This document shows positions 1 through 9,650 of a DNA stretch of 64,000 bases, one piece after another. The translations under genes were made by a program, and so were the position numbers. Within the stretch, counting starts at the first letter, position 1. Each line of letters opens with the position of its first letter. Below the pieces are notes generated by a model. It saw only the letters and a list, made by a program, of their open reading frames with translations. It was not told where the DNA came from and searched no databases. This DNA is from Spirochaetaceae bacterium (GTDB taxonomy: Bacteria > Spirochaetota > Spirochaetia > DSM-2461). The stretch covers positions 526,977 to 590,976 of the forward strand of contig JAOPTT010000006.1 of NCBI GenBank assembly GCA_051531975.1, read 5' to 3'.

Positions 1-2
1 AA

Positions 3-932
3 GCTGCAACTAGTGGTGAAATGGCTTTAAAAATAATAAAGCTACATAAAATTGATCTTATTTTACTAGATATTATGATGCCAGGTTTAGATGGTTTCGA
101 AGTTTGTAAAAAGATAAAATCTGATATTGATACTAAAGACATTCCTGTAATATTTGTTTCTGCAAAAGGTGAGCAAGCTGATGAAACAATGGGATTTTCA
201 CTTGGTGCTGTAGACTATATAACTAAACCAATAAATGCTTCAATACTACTCGCCCGTACAAAAACACACTTAATGTTGGCAGATAAAACAGAATATCTTA
301 ACCATAGAGTTAAAGAAAGAACAAAGGAATTAGAAACCACCCGCCTTGAGCTTATTAAGTGTTTAAGTCGAGCTGGTGAATTTAAAGATAATGATACAGG
401 TCTTCATGTATATAGAATGAGTAAATATAGTCAACTAATTGCACTAGAGTATGGTTCAACAGATGAAGAAGCTGAATTAATATTACACGCATCACCTATG
501 CATGATGTTGGTAAAATTGGAATTGCAGATGATATTCTTTTAAAACCAGGTAAATTAGATAAAGATGAGTGGAAAAGTATGAAATTACATCCGCAATATG
601 GTTCAGAAATAATTGGGAATCATAATTCAAAAATAATTAAAGCTGCAAAATTATCATCATTAACTCATCATGAAAAGTGGGATGGAACTGGGTATCCGAA
701 CAATTTAATTGGAAAAAAGATACCATTTATTGGTAGAGTTGTTGCAATTGCTGATGTTTTTGATGCATTAACAAGTCAACGTCCATATAAAGAAGCATGG
801 AAAATAGATGATGCAGTTGATTTAATAAATAAAGAATCAGGGAAACACTTTGATCCAGAGCTTGTAGAAGCTTTTAATAGAGTATTACCTCAGATTATTG
901 ATATAAAAGAGAATTTCAAAGAGACCTATTAA
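3..932 (+). CDS. Response regulator with REC and HD-GYP cyclic-di-GMP phosphodiesterase domains (RpfG-like); 5' end lies outside the window
   Basis: The frame is open from position 3 (AATSGEMALK...). REC motifs ILLDIMMP and YITKP; HD-GYP motifs MHDVGK, HHEKWDGTGYP and ADVFDALTSQRPYK. Confidence 0.92.
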   Translation, partial: AATSGEMALKIIKLHKIDLILLDIMMPGLDGFEVCKKIKSDIDTKDIPVIFVSAKGEQADETMGFSLGAVDYITKPINASILLARTKTHLMLADKTEYLNHRVKERTKELETTRLELIKCLSRAGEFKDNDTGLHVYRMSKYSQLIALEYGSTDEEAELILHASPMHDVGKIGIADDILLKPGKLDKDEWKSMKLHPQYGSEIIGNHNSKIIKAAKLSSLTHHEKWDGTGYPNNLIGKKIPFIGRVVAIADVFDALTSQRPYKEAWKIDDAVDLINKESGKHFDPELVEAFNRVLPQIIDIKENFKETY

Positions 933-1078
933 TATTACTATATTTTAGACTATACATTTATTCTATTTAATGTTAATTTTCCACTTCGAAAGTGGATTTC
1001 CGGTCATAAACGTATTATTTTACAGTTTAACTCGCCTTGACTGGAGCATTTTAATGCAGGCTGGTTCAGGAGACAAGA

Positions 1079-2320
1079 ATGACATTTGACAAACTCGGTT
1101 TAAAACCGGAGTTACTTAAGGCAGTAGAATCTAAGGGATACAAAACTGCAACAGCAATACAAAGTGGATCAATTCCAGCAATTTTAGAAGGAAAAGACCT
1201 ACTAGGTGGAGCCCAAACAGGTACAGGGAAAACAGCAGCATTTGCCCTACCTATTTTAGATAGATTAAGTGAATATGATATAAAAACTAAACACCCTAGA
1301 GCCCTGGTATTAACTCCCACAAGAGAATTAGCAGCCCAAGTTGCAGAAAGTTTTATTCATTATGGTAAAAACTTAAAATTAAAAACTACTGTTATATTTG
1401 GTGGAGTAAAAATAAACCCACAAATTGCAACTCTAAAAAATGGTGTTGATATAATTGTAGCGACACCAGGAAGACTTTTAGATCATATGAGTCAGGGAAC
1501 AATTAATTTAAATAAAATTGAAGTTTTAGTATTAGATGAAGCTGATAGAATGTTAGATATGGGTTTTATTAGAGATATTAAAAAAATAACAGCTAAACTC
1601 CCTAAAAAACGACAAAACTTAATGTTTTCAGCTACCTATGGTGGGGATATTAGAAAATTAGCAGAGGAACTTTTAAATGAGCCTGTTTCTGTTGAAGTAA
1701 CAAAAAGAAATAGTGCAGCGGATAAAGTAACTCAAATTGTTCACAAAATTGATAAAGGACAAAAAAGACATCTGTTACAACATCTGATTAAAACTGAAAA
1801 TTGGTACCAAGTATTAGTATTTGTTAGAACTAAACATGGGGCTAATAGATTAGCAAAAGCTTTAGATAAAGAAGGTATTCCTTCCGCAGCTATTCATGGT
1901 GATAAAAGCCAAGGTGCCAGAACTCGAGCATTGAATGATTTTAAAAAAGGTGATCTTCAAGCATTGATTGCAACAGATGTTGCAGCTAGAGGACTTCATT
2001 TAGATGATCTATCCTACGTAGTAAATTATGATTTACCACAAGTTTCAGAAGATTATGTTCATAGAATTGGTCGTACCGGTAGAGCTGGTAAAACTGGTAT
2101 TGCTATATCCTTAGTTTGTGCCGAAGAACATTCTCAATTAAAACAAATTGAAAAAATGCTTAAGAAAAATATTGAAGTGATTGGCGTAAAAGGTTTTAAA
2201 CCAGTCAAAACTGAAAGAAATTCAGCACCAAAAAATAAAAAGGTACCTGATCCTTTTAAATATAATCCTAAAGCACCAAAACGAAAAAGTAGTAATTTTA
2301 ATAGAAGAAAAAACTCTTAA
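1079..2320 (+). CDS. rhlE: DEAD-box ATP-dependent RNA helicase (RhlE-like)
   Basis: Q motif, [42 protein letters not shown] and a basic C-terminal tail; AGGAG SD at 1068-1072. Confidence 0.88.
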   Translation: MTFDKLGLKPELLKAVESKGYKTATAIQSGSIPAILEGKDLLGGAQTGTGKTAAFALPILDRLSEYDIKTKHPRALVLTPTRELAAQVAESFIHYGKNLKLKTTVIFGGVKINPQIATLKNGVDIIVATPGRLLDHMSQGTINLNKIEVLVLDEADRMLDMGFIRDIKKITAKLPKKRQNLMFSATYGGDIRKLAEELLNEPVSVEVTKRNSAADKVTQIVHKIDKGQKRHLLQHLIKTENWYQVLVFVRTKHGANRLAKALDKEGIPSAAIHGDKSQGARTRALNDFKKGDLQALIATDVAARGLHLDDLSYVVNYDLPQVSEDYVHRIGRTGRAGKTGIAISLVCAEEHSQLKQIEKMLKKNIEVIGVKGFKPVKTERNSAPKNKKVPDPFKYNPKAPKRKSSNFNRRKNS

Positions 2321-3354
2321 CTATTTTTATTTATACCACAGGATGATCTTAAACATAAATTAGTGGCTAAGATGATCTCCTGTGGTCCAGTTTTTCTTTC
2401 TTCTATTAAGTCGTGTAATAGTAGACCAGCATTTTGGCCAATACCAAAAGCATTTTGTGAAATTGTTGTAAGATCTAATACAGAAGACATTGGAAGATCA
2501 TCAAATCCTAAAATAGATATATCTTCTGGAATAGAAAGACCAGAAGATATAGCTGCTTTATAAGCACCATAGGCCATTACATCACCAGAAGTAAATATTG
2601 CACTAAAAGTTCTATTTAGAAGTAACTTTTTAACACCTTCAGCTGTAGTAATCATATCGTAATCACCAGAAATTAGATTATTCTGATTAAATATAATTCC
2701 TTTCTCTTCAAATGCCTTAATAAATCCATTGTATCCATCTTGATCAACACAACTATCATTTATATTTAATACTGTATCCCTATCACCTGTTATGTATAAT
2801 ACATCTTTATGACCTAAACTTAAAAGATAATTTGCAGCGTTATAAGCACCTGTATATGTTTCTGAACCAACAAAACAAATTCCTTTAATGTCAACTTTTC
2901 TACCAAGACATACAATAGGTAATTCTATTGATTCTAATCTAAGTTCTTGCTTACATTTTGTATGGGTTGGTATATAAATTAATCCAGTGACACCTATTTT
3001 AATTAGAGAATCAACACATTCCATAGATTTATCTGGATCATTTCGTGAATCCATTATCGATACTTTATATCCAAAATTATAAAATGTATTTTGGATTTCC
3101 TTTATAAGGTTAGCAGAGTATGGATTCTCAATATTTGGGACAACTATTCCAACATGTTGACTTATAGAACTTCGATCTCTGTTTTTAGTAGGTCGAATAT
3201 AACCTAATTCTTCTATGGCACTATTAACTCTGAAGCTTACATCAGCACTAACACCATCAAATCCATTTATAACTCTTGATACTGTAGCGGTTGAAACTTC
3301 TGCTCGTTTTGCGACATCATCTATAACTATTTTTTTTCTTGATAAATCTTTCAT
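2317..3354 (-). CDS. LacI-family transcriptional regulator, probable regulator of the divergent nucleoside catabolism cluster
   Basis: [23 protein letters not shown]; sugar-binding domain with [12 protein letters not shown] and LTTI; divergent from pdp. Confidence 0.92.
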   Translation of the reverse strand: MKDLSRKKIVIDDVAKRAEVSTATVSRVINGFDGVSADVSFRVNSAIEELGYIRPTKNRDRSSISQHVGIVVPNIENPYSANLIKEIQNTFYNFGYKVSIMDSRNDPDKSMECVDSLIKIGVTGLIYIPTHTKCKQELRLESIELPIVCLGRKVDIKGICFVGSETYTGAYNAANYLLSLGHKDVLYITGDRDTVLNINDSCVDQDGYNGFIKAFEEKGIIFNQNNLISGDYDMITTAEGVKKLLLNRTFSAIFTSGDVMAYGAYKAAISSGLSIPEDISILGFDDLPMSSVLDLTTISQNAFGIGQNAGLLLHDLIEERKTGPQEIILATNLCLRSSCGINKNS

Positions 3355-3361
3355 TAACTAC

Positions 3362-3390
3362 ATATTACGGTATTATGATAATATTTTCAA
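3362..3390 (-). promoter_or_regulatory. Sigma70-type promoter of the LacI gene (TTGAAA-17-TAATAT), 7 nt from the ATG, probably leaderless
   Basis: The minus strand reads TTGAAA N17 TAATAT gtagtta ATG, with no SD. Confidence 0.55.
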
Positions 3391-3427
3391 GAAATTTATC
3401 TGTAATCAACTACCTTCTCTCCGAAAG

Positions 3428-3462
3428 TTACAATATTTTACATAATTTTACATTTTATTACA
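3428..3462. promoter_or_regulatory. Four TTACA boxes at exact 10-bp period, candidate regulator binding array
   Basis: TTACA at 3428, 3438, 3448 and 3458; a further TTACA at 3472 and an inverted TGTAA at 3401. Confidence 0.55.
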
Positions 3463-3470
3463 GAAAACAT

Positions 3471-3499
3471 TTTACAACGAATAAATAATAGACTATTAT
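3471..3499 (+). promoter_or_regulatory. Sigma70-type promoter of the pdp operon (TTTACA-17-TATTAT)
   Basis: TTTACA at 3471-3476 and TATTAT at 3494-3499, followed by the SD AAGGAG before ATG 3535. Confidence 0.55.
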
Positions 3500-3534
3500 A
3501 TTAATAAGACCTATAACATAAATAAGGAGTTGTT

Positions 3535-4848
3535 ATGAGAATTGTAGATATTATTCAAAAGAAACGTGATGGAGAGATATTAGATAATAATGAAATTTCT
3601 TTTTTATTAGATGAATATTTAGAGGGTAATGTTCCAGATTATCAAATGTCGGCATTTTTAATGGCTGTTTATTATAAAGGCATGGAAAAAGTAGAACTTA
3701 AAACATTTACTGAAAAGATGATGAATTCAGGAGATATTATAGATTTTGATGGGGTTAATAAAGTTCTTATAGATAAACATAGTACTGGAGGTGTTGGTGA
3801 TAAAACAACAATTGCACTAGCTCCCCTATTTGCAAGTTTTGATATTGGTACAGCAAAATTATCAGGTCGTGGTTTGGGCCATACTGGTGGAACTATTGAT
3901 AAGTTTGAAGCAATCAAAGGTTTTAGCTTCCCTCAAACAAAAGAAGAACTAGTCGATTTAGTAAATAAATGTGGAACTGGAATAATGGGATATTCTGATA
4001 AAATTGTTCCTTTAGATAAAAAACTATATGCACTGCGTGATGTAACTGCAACTGTATCTAGTATTCCATTAATTGCGGCTTCTATTATGAGTAAAAAATT
4101 AGCTGTTCACGCAGACGGTATTATATTAGATGTAAAAACTGGTAGTGGCGCTTTTATGAAAGATCTAAAACAAGCTCAAGAGTTAGCAAAAACAATGAGA
4201 GATATTGGTGAATCAATGGATCGCAAAGTTGTTACATGTATAACTGATATGGATCAGCCGTTAGGTTTTGCAGTAGGTAATTCTTTAGAAATTATTGAGG
4301 CTATTGAAACAATTAAAGGTAATGGACCAAAAGAGTTTTCTTATTTAGTTGAAACTTTAGCAGCTATAGGATTGCAGTTAAAAGGTGATGTTAAAGATCT
4401 TGAAAAAGGTCGAGAGATGGTTAGAGATGTTATAAAAAGTGGTAAACCTGTACAGATGTTAAAAGATTTTATTGAAGCTGCTGGTGGTGATCCAAATGTT
4501 GTGGATGATTATAGTATATTACCTACAGCTAAAAGCAGTATTGTCGTTATGTCTACCTCTGCTGGTTTTGTTAACAAAATCGAAGCTGAAACTGTTGGTA
4601 AAGCGGCAATGGTACTTGGAGCTGGAAGAGCAACAAAAGAAGATATAATTGATCATGCCGTAGGTATTGTATTAAATAAAAAAATTGGAGATGTGGTAAA
4701 AATAGACGAAGAGATTGGTACTATTTATTACAATGATGATACAAACCTTGAGGACTCTATTAACATGCTGTTAGGAGCTTATACAATTGAAGAGACAAAA
4801 GGAGATGTTAACGATATTGTAATTGAAATAAAATCAGTTAATATCTAA
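3535..4848 (+). CDS. pdp: Pyrimidine-nucleoside phosphorylase
   Basis: DKHSTGGVGDK, SGRGLGHTGGTIDK, LYALRDVTATV and SIMSKKLA motifs. Confidence 0.95.
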   Translation: MRIVDIIQKKRDGEILDNNEISFLLDEYLEGNVPDYQMSAFLMAVYYKGMEKVELKTFTEKMMNSGDIIDFDGVNKVLIDKHSTGGVGDKTTIALAPLFASFDIGTAKLSGRGLGHTGGTIDKFEAIKGFSFPQTKEELVDLVNKCGTGIMGYSDKIVPLDKKLYALRDVTATVSSIPLIAASIMSKKLAVHADGIILDVKTGSGAFMKDLKQAQELAKTMRDIGESMDRKVVTCITDMDQPLGFAVGNSLEIIEAIETIKGNGPKEFSYLVETLAAIGLQLKGDVKDLEKGREMVRDVIKSGKPVQMLKDFIEAAGGDPNVVDDYSILPTAKSSIVVMSTSAGFVNKIEAETVGKAAMVLGAGRATKEDIIDHAVGIVLNKKIGDVVKIDEEIGTIYYNDDTNLEDSINMLLGAYTIEETKGDVNDIVIEIKSVNI

Positions 4849-4854
4849 ACCATT

Positions 4855-5841
4855 ATGGATAATATAAAGAAGGTTGAATTACATTTACATTTAGATGGCT
4901 CTCTAAGAATTGAAACAGTTAAAGAACTTGGTGTAAATTTAGGTCTGTTTTCAGAAAATTATTCTACACAAGAAATTAAAAATAAACTCTGCATTAATAA
5001 AGATGATAAAACATTAGTAGATTATTTAGAAAAATTTAATCTTCCAATTCAAATCCTTCAAACTAAAGACTCACTAGAGAGAGTTGCCTATGAGATTGTA
5101 GAGGATTTATCATTAGAAAATACGATATATGCTGAAATAAGAGTAGCTCCTATTCAGCATATGAAAGAAGGGCTAACAGGTGATGATATTGTGGAAGCGA
5201 TTTTAAAAGGGTTTAACAAAGCTTCTAGTAAATATCCTATAACTGTTAATCTTCTGCTATGTGCTATGAGACATCTACCTGCTAAGGATAATGAATTTTT
5301 ACTAACATTAGCTGATAAATATAAAAAATTAGGTGTTGTTGGATTAGATTTAGCTGGTGATGAAGCTGGATATTCTGTTGATTTATTTAGAGACTTTTTT
5401 AACAAAGCCAAAAAAATAGGAATACCATTTACTATACATGCTGGAGAAGCTAGTGGAACTGAAAGCATTGTTAAAGCAATAGAAATAGGGGCAAAAAGAT
5501 TAGGGCATGGCATTCGAGCTTATGAGGATGAAGATGTTATGGATCTTATTAAAAAAAGAGACATTTGTCTGGAGTGTTGCCCTAAAAGCAATCTTGATAC
5601 AAATGCCATAAAAGATTTTAATGAATATCCTATAATTAAATATTTAAATGTTGGCATAGCAGCTACATTAAATAGTGATAATAGAACAGTATCTGATACT
5701 AATTACGATAAGGAACTACTATTATTAAACAGGTATTTAACTATAAACACAGACGATATTAAAAATTTTAATATAAATGCAATTAACCATGCATTTATAT
5801 CAGAAGATAAAAAAGAACAGCTGTTAAATCAGCTAAATTAG
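4855..5841 (+). CDS. add: Adenosine deaminase
   Basis: ELHLHLDGS, GLDLAGDE, TIHAGE, RLGHG and NSDN metal/catalytic motifs. Confidence 0.93.
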   Translation: MDNIKKVELHLHLDGSLRIETVKELGVNLGLFSENYSTQEIKNKLCINKDDKTLVDYLEKFNLPIQILQTKDSLERVAYEIVEDLSLENTIYAEIRVAPIQHMKEGLTGDDIVEAILKGFNKASSKYPITVNLLLCAMRHLPAKDNEFLLTLADKYKKLGVVGLDLAGDEAGYSVDLFRDFFNKAKKIGIPFTIHAGEASGTESIVKAIEIGAKRLGHGIRAYEDEDVMDLIKKRDICLECCPKSNLDTNAIKDFNEYPIIKYLNVGIAATLNSDNRTVSDTNYDKELLLLNRYLTINTDDIKNFNINAINHAFISEDKKEQLLNQLN

Positions 5842-5849
5842 GAGATAAA

Positions 5850-6515
5850 ATGGAATTAAACAAATACATAGACCACACAGTATTAAAAGCAACAACTACA
5901 ACTGGGGACATAAAAAATTTATGTGCAGAAGCTAAAGAATATAACTTTTTTTCAGTATGTGTTAATGGATGTTATGTTGAACTTGCTAAAAATGAATTAA
6001 AAGGTAGTGATGTAAAAATTGCTGCAGTAATTGGATTTCCTTTAGGTGCAATGTCTAAAGAATCAAAGGTATTTGAGGCAAGCAGATCTATTAAAACTGG
6101 AGCCAATGAAATTGATATGGTACTAAATGTTGGATTCATGAAATCTAATATGTTTACTGAAATTGAAGATGAAATTCGAGAAATTAAACAGGCAATTGGA
6201 TCTAATGTTTTAAAAGTTATTTTAGAAACATGTTATTTAACAAAAGATGAGATCAGAAAAGCTTGTGAATTATCTGTTGCTGCAGGTGCTGATTTTGTAA
6301 AAACTTCAACAGGTTTTGGTACAGGCGGAGCTACTTATGAAGATGTTGAAATAATGCAATCAATCGTAAAAGGAAAAGCCCAAATAAAAGCTTCTGGTGG
6401 AGTACGGGATCTAGAAACTGCTACAAAATATATTGAAATGGGTGTTACTAGACTTGGAACAAGTTCTGGTGTTCAGCTAATGACTACAGGGAAAGCTGTT
6501 GAAGGTCAATATTAA
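5850..6515 (+). CDS. deoC: Deoxyribose-phosphate aldolase
   Basis: IDHTVLK, VIGFPLG, FVKTSTGF, IKASGGVR and RLGTSSG. Confidence 0.96.
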   Translation: MELNKYIDHTVLKATTTTGDIKNLCAEAKEYNFFSVCVNGCYVELAKNELKGSDVKIAAVIGFPLGAMSKESKVFEASRSIKTGANEIDMVLNVGFMKSNMFTEIEDEIREIKQAIGSNVLKVILETCYLTKDEIRKACELSVAAGADFVKTSTGFGTGGATYEDVEIMQSIVKGKAQIKASGGVRDLETATKYIEMGVTRLGTSSGVQLMTTGKAVEGQY

Positions 6516-6525
6516 GGAGAAAATT

Positions 6526-7692
6526 ATGACAAGTGTAGAACGTGTAACACTTATAGTTTTAGATAGTGCAGGTGTTGGAGAACTTCCAGATGCTAAAGAT
6601 TTTGGAGATGTAGGTTCTAATACTTTTGCACATATAGCTGATAGTACCGGTGGTTTAAATCTTCCAAATATGGAAAAACTAGGTCTTGGTAATATCACAC
6701 CGATAAAAGGTGTTAAACCTTTAGAAAATTCATCTGGAGCATATGGAAAAGCTGATGAAAAATCTAAAGGTAAGGACACCACTGTTGGACATTGGGAACT
6801 TGCTGGTCTTGTAAAAGATACTCCATTTCCATCATATCCAAATGGTTTTAGTAAAGAAGTATTAGATGAACTTACAAAAAGAACTGGTCGTAGTTGTTTA
6901 TGTAATAAACCATATTCAGGAACAACAGTATTAGATGATTATGGAAAGGAACAAAATGAAACAGGTAGTTGGATTATTTATACATCTGCTGACCCGGTAC
7001 TTCAAATTGCTGCCCATGAAGATTCGATACCTTTAAAAGAGTTATATAAAGCTTGTGAAATTGCTTTAGAGATTTGTAACGAAAAATCCCCAGTTGCAAG
7101 AGTAATTGCTAGACCATATCTAGGAGAAGATGGCAACTACACTAGAACTACAAATAGACATGATTATGCAATTAGTCCTGATGGCCCAACAGTTTTAGAT
7201 AGAATCAAAGCTGGGAATAAAGATGTTATAGCTATTGGTAAAATAAGCGATATTTTTTGTGGCCAAGGAATAACTGATACTAGAGGTACAAATAAAAGTA
7301 ATAAAGATGGAATTTTAAAAACTATCGCTGCTTTAAAAGAGGATACAAAAGGTCTGATTTTTACAAATCTTGTGGACTTTGACATGTTATATGGTCATAG
7401 AAGAGATCCTCTTGGATATAAAAATGCACTAGAAGAGTTTGATTCTTATCTACCTGAAATAATAGAAAATATGAAAGAATCAGAAATCTTAATACTTACA
7501 GCTGATCATGGTTGTGATCCTACTTATCCTGGATCAGATCATACAAGAGAATATATACCTGTTCTTGTTGCTGGAAAAGGACTAAATCCTACAAATTTAG
7601 GAACAAGAGAATCTTTTACTGACATCGCTTCCACAATTGAAGAGTTATTACTTGGAAATAAAATGCCTGGAAGTTTTGCTGGAGAGATTTAA
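6526..7692 (+). CDS. deoB: Phosphopentomutase
   Basis: LIVLDSAGVG, GKDTTVGHWE, NLVDFDMLYGHRRD, TADHGCDP and DHTREY. Start moved to ATG 6526, downstream of the SD AAGGAG. Confidence 0.95.
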   Translation: MTSVERVTLIVLDSAGVGELPDAKDFGDVGSNTFAHIADSTGGLNLPNMEKLGLGNITPIKGVKPLENSSGAYGKADEKSKGKDTTVGHWELAGLVKDTPFPSYPNGFSKEVLDELTKRTGRSCLCNKPYSGTTVLDDYGKEQNETGSWIIYTSADPVLQIAAHEDSIPLKELYKACEIALEICNEKSPVARVIARPYLGEDGNYTRTTNRHDYAISPDGPTVLDRIKAGNKDVIAIGKISDIFCGQGITDTRGTNKSNKDGILKTIAALKEDTKGLIFTNLVDFDMLYGHRRDPLGYKNALEEFDSYLPEIIENMKESEILILTADHGCDPTYPGSDHTREYIPVLVAGKGLNPTNLGTRESFTDIASTIEELLLGNKMPGSFAGEI

Positions 7693-7706
7693 TAAAGGAG
7701 TCGTTT

Positions 7707-8099
7707 ATGACAAAAGATAAAATCTTAGAACTTATTTCTAAAGCAAAAGCAGTTAGAGATATGGCATATACACCCTACTCTAACTTTAAAGTTGGTGCTG
7801 CAGTTATTGATGATAAAGGTAATTTACATGTTGGTGCGAATGTTGAAAATGGCTCTTATGGCTTAACAAACTGTGCAGAACGAACTGCTATATTTTCTGC
7901 TGTTACAAGTGGAATGAAAAGTATTTCAGCAATTGCAATCATAGCAGATACTACTGATCCAGTTAGTCCTTGTGGTGCGTGCAGACAAGTTGTTAGTGAA
8001 TTTTCTGACAATAATACTGTTGTAATATTAGCAAATTTAAAAATGGACTATGTGGTTATGAATATTGATGAAATATTACCATATAGATTTAAATTATAA
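7707..8099 (+). CDS. cdd: Cytidine deaminase (homotetrameric type)
   Basis: YTPYSNFKVGAA, NVEN, CAER and PCGACRQ zinc motifs. Confidence 0.96.
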   Translation: MTKDKILELISKAKAVRDMAYTPYSNFKVGAAVIDDKGNLHVGANVENGSYGLTNCAERTAIFSAVTSGMKSISAIAIIADTTDPVSPCGACRQVVSEFSDNNTVVILANLKMDYVVMNIDEILPYRFKL

Positions 8100-8110
8100 G
8101 GAGAATTTTT

Positions 8111-8362
8111 TTGGATTTTTTTGGAATAAACTTTTTAGAACTTTTTGGATATTTAGGCTCATTTGTAGTACTTGTATCACTTACAATGAGTTCTATAGTC
8201 AAGCTTAGATGGATAAACCTTCTAGGTGCTACTATGTTTACAATTTATGCACTTATGATTGGTGCATACCCTGCAATTTTTATGAATGCAGGTATAATAG
8301 TAATTGATATTTACTACCTAATCAAACTTTACAAACTACAACATCAAACTACATTTTGTTAA
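8111..8362 (+). CDS. Small three-TM membrane protein (YgjV-like)
   Basis: TTG start after the SD AAGGAG; hydrophobic helices; GYLGS...SLTMSSIVKLRWINLLG pattern. Confidence 0.7.
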   Translation: MDFFGINFLELFGYLGSFVVLVSLTMSSIVKLRWINLLGATMFTIYALMIGAYPAIFMNAGIIVIDIYYLIKLYKLQHQTTFC

Positions 8363-8378
8363 TAGATGCTAATAATAA

Positions 8379-8406
8379 GGCTACTCATTTTGAGTAGTTT
8401 TTTTTT
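8379..8406 (+). terminator. Rho-independent terminator closing the pdp-add-deoC-deoB-cdd operon
   Basis: GGCTACTCA-TTT-TGAGTAGTT stem followed by a T run. Confidence 0.85.
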
Positions 8407-8477
8407 GGTCAAATCGAAAGTCAGATGTAACAAAATGTAATCCATTGAATTAAATGACACTTTATTACATTTTTCAT

Positions 8478-8506
8478 TTGACGTATTACATATTCAAATG
8501 TAAGAT
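8478..8506 (+). promoter_or_regulatory. Sigma70-type promoter of the nucleoside ABC operon (TTGACG-17-TAAGAT), overlapped by TTACA/TGTAA boxes
   Basis: TTGACG at 8478-8483 and TAAGAT at 8501-8506; TTACA at 8465, 8486 and 8506; TGTAA at 8426, 8436 and 8499. Confidence 0.6.
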
Positions 8507-8537
8507 TACAGCATTAGAGAGAAAGGAAGGAAAACGA

Positions 8538-9608
8538 ATGAAATTATTTAAACTTTTAATTATTGGATTAGTAACAATGCTTGTTGCTGTTTCATGTTCA
8601 AAAGAAGAAACAAAAGTGACTACAACAAAAATTGGTATGGTTACAGATGCTGGAACAATAGATGATAAATCTTTTAACCAAGGAACATGGGAAGGAATAT
8701 TAGAAGCAGAAAAAGAGTTAAAAATCCAACCAAAATATCTTAAACCAGCTGGAACAACTGAAGCTGATTATTTAAAAGAGATTGGAAACCTTAACGATGC
8801 AGGTTACAAATTCATTGTTACTCCTGGATTCAAATTTGAAACAACAATATTTATTGCTCAAACTAAATACCCAGATACAAAGTTTGTAATTTTAGATGGT
8901 TCTCCCCACGCTGGAGACTACAACAATGTTGTGGGACCAAATACTGTCGCTATATTTTTTGCAGAGCACGAAGCTGGTTTCTTAGCTGGTTTTGCAGCAG
9001 CAGTAGAATTGCAAGAAGGTGATTTTGGATTTATTGGTGGGATGGAAATACCTCCAGTACAAAAATTTAACTGGGGATTCCAACAAGGTGTAGCATATGC
9101 AAATAAAGAGTATGGAACATCTATCACTTTAAAACCAGAAAATATCTTATATCAAGGAACATTTCATGATGTAGCAGCTGGTCAACAGTTAGCAGCTCAA
9201 ATGTTTGATAGAGATGTAGATGCTATATTCTGTGCAGCTGGAGGAGTTGGTGTTGGTGCTATTAACGAAGCAAAAGCTAGAGCTTCCCAAGGAGCTAAAA
9301 CATGGATAATTGGTGTAGATGTTGACCAATATACAGATGGTATATACAAAGATGAAACTTCTGTAATTTTAACATCAGCTGTTAAAAAAATCGATGTTGC
9401 AACATTTAAAATGATTGATGCAGACTTAAGTGATGAATTTCCAGGTGGAAAAACACTTCTTTTTGATTCTCTAAATAATGGTGTAGGAATTCCTATATTA
9501 AATCCTAACCTTTCAATTGAGACAGAAGTTAAAGCTAAAGAGATCTTTGGTATGTTAAAAGCTGGATTACTTGCAGTTTCAGGCGAACAAGGTGAATTAA
9601 TTAAATAA
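8538..9608 (+). CDS. BMP-family (PnrA/TmpC-like) nucleoside-binding lipoprotein of an ABC transporter
   Basis: Lipobox VAVSC; DAGTIDDKSFNQGTWEG, AAGGVG, IGVDVDQ and ILTSAVK. Start at ATG 8538 after a purine-rich SD. Confidence 0.9.
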   Translation: MKLFKLLIIGLVTMLVAVSCSKEETKVTTTKIGMVTDAGTIDDKSFNQGTWEGILEAEKELKIQPKYLKPAGTTEADYLKEIGNLNDAGYKFIVTPGFKFETTIFIAQTKYPDTKFVILDGSPHAGDYNNVVGPNTVAIFFAEHEAGFLAGFAAAVELQEGDFGFIGGMEIPPVQKFNWGFQQGVAYANKEYGTSITLKPENILYQGTFHDVAAGQQLAAQMFDRDVDAIFCAAGGVGVGAINEAKARASQGAKTWIIGVDVDQYTDGIYKDETSVILTSAVKKIDVATFKMIDADLSDEFPGGKTLLFDSLNNGVGIPILNPNLSIETEVKAKEIFGMLKAGLLAVSGEQGELIK

Positions 9609-9614
9609 ATAATA

Positions 9615-9633
9615 TGGGGCATTTAATGCCCCA
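9615..9633 (+). other. Intercistronic stem-loop between the binding-protein and ATPase genes (likely mRNA stabiliser)
   Basis: Perfect TGGGGCAT-TTA-ATGCCCCA inverted repeat with no U tract. Confidence 0.65.
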
Positions 9634-9650
9634 ACAACGGGAGGGACTAA

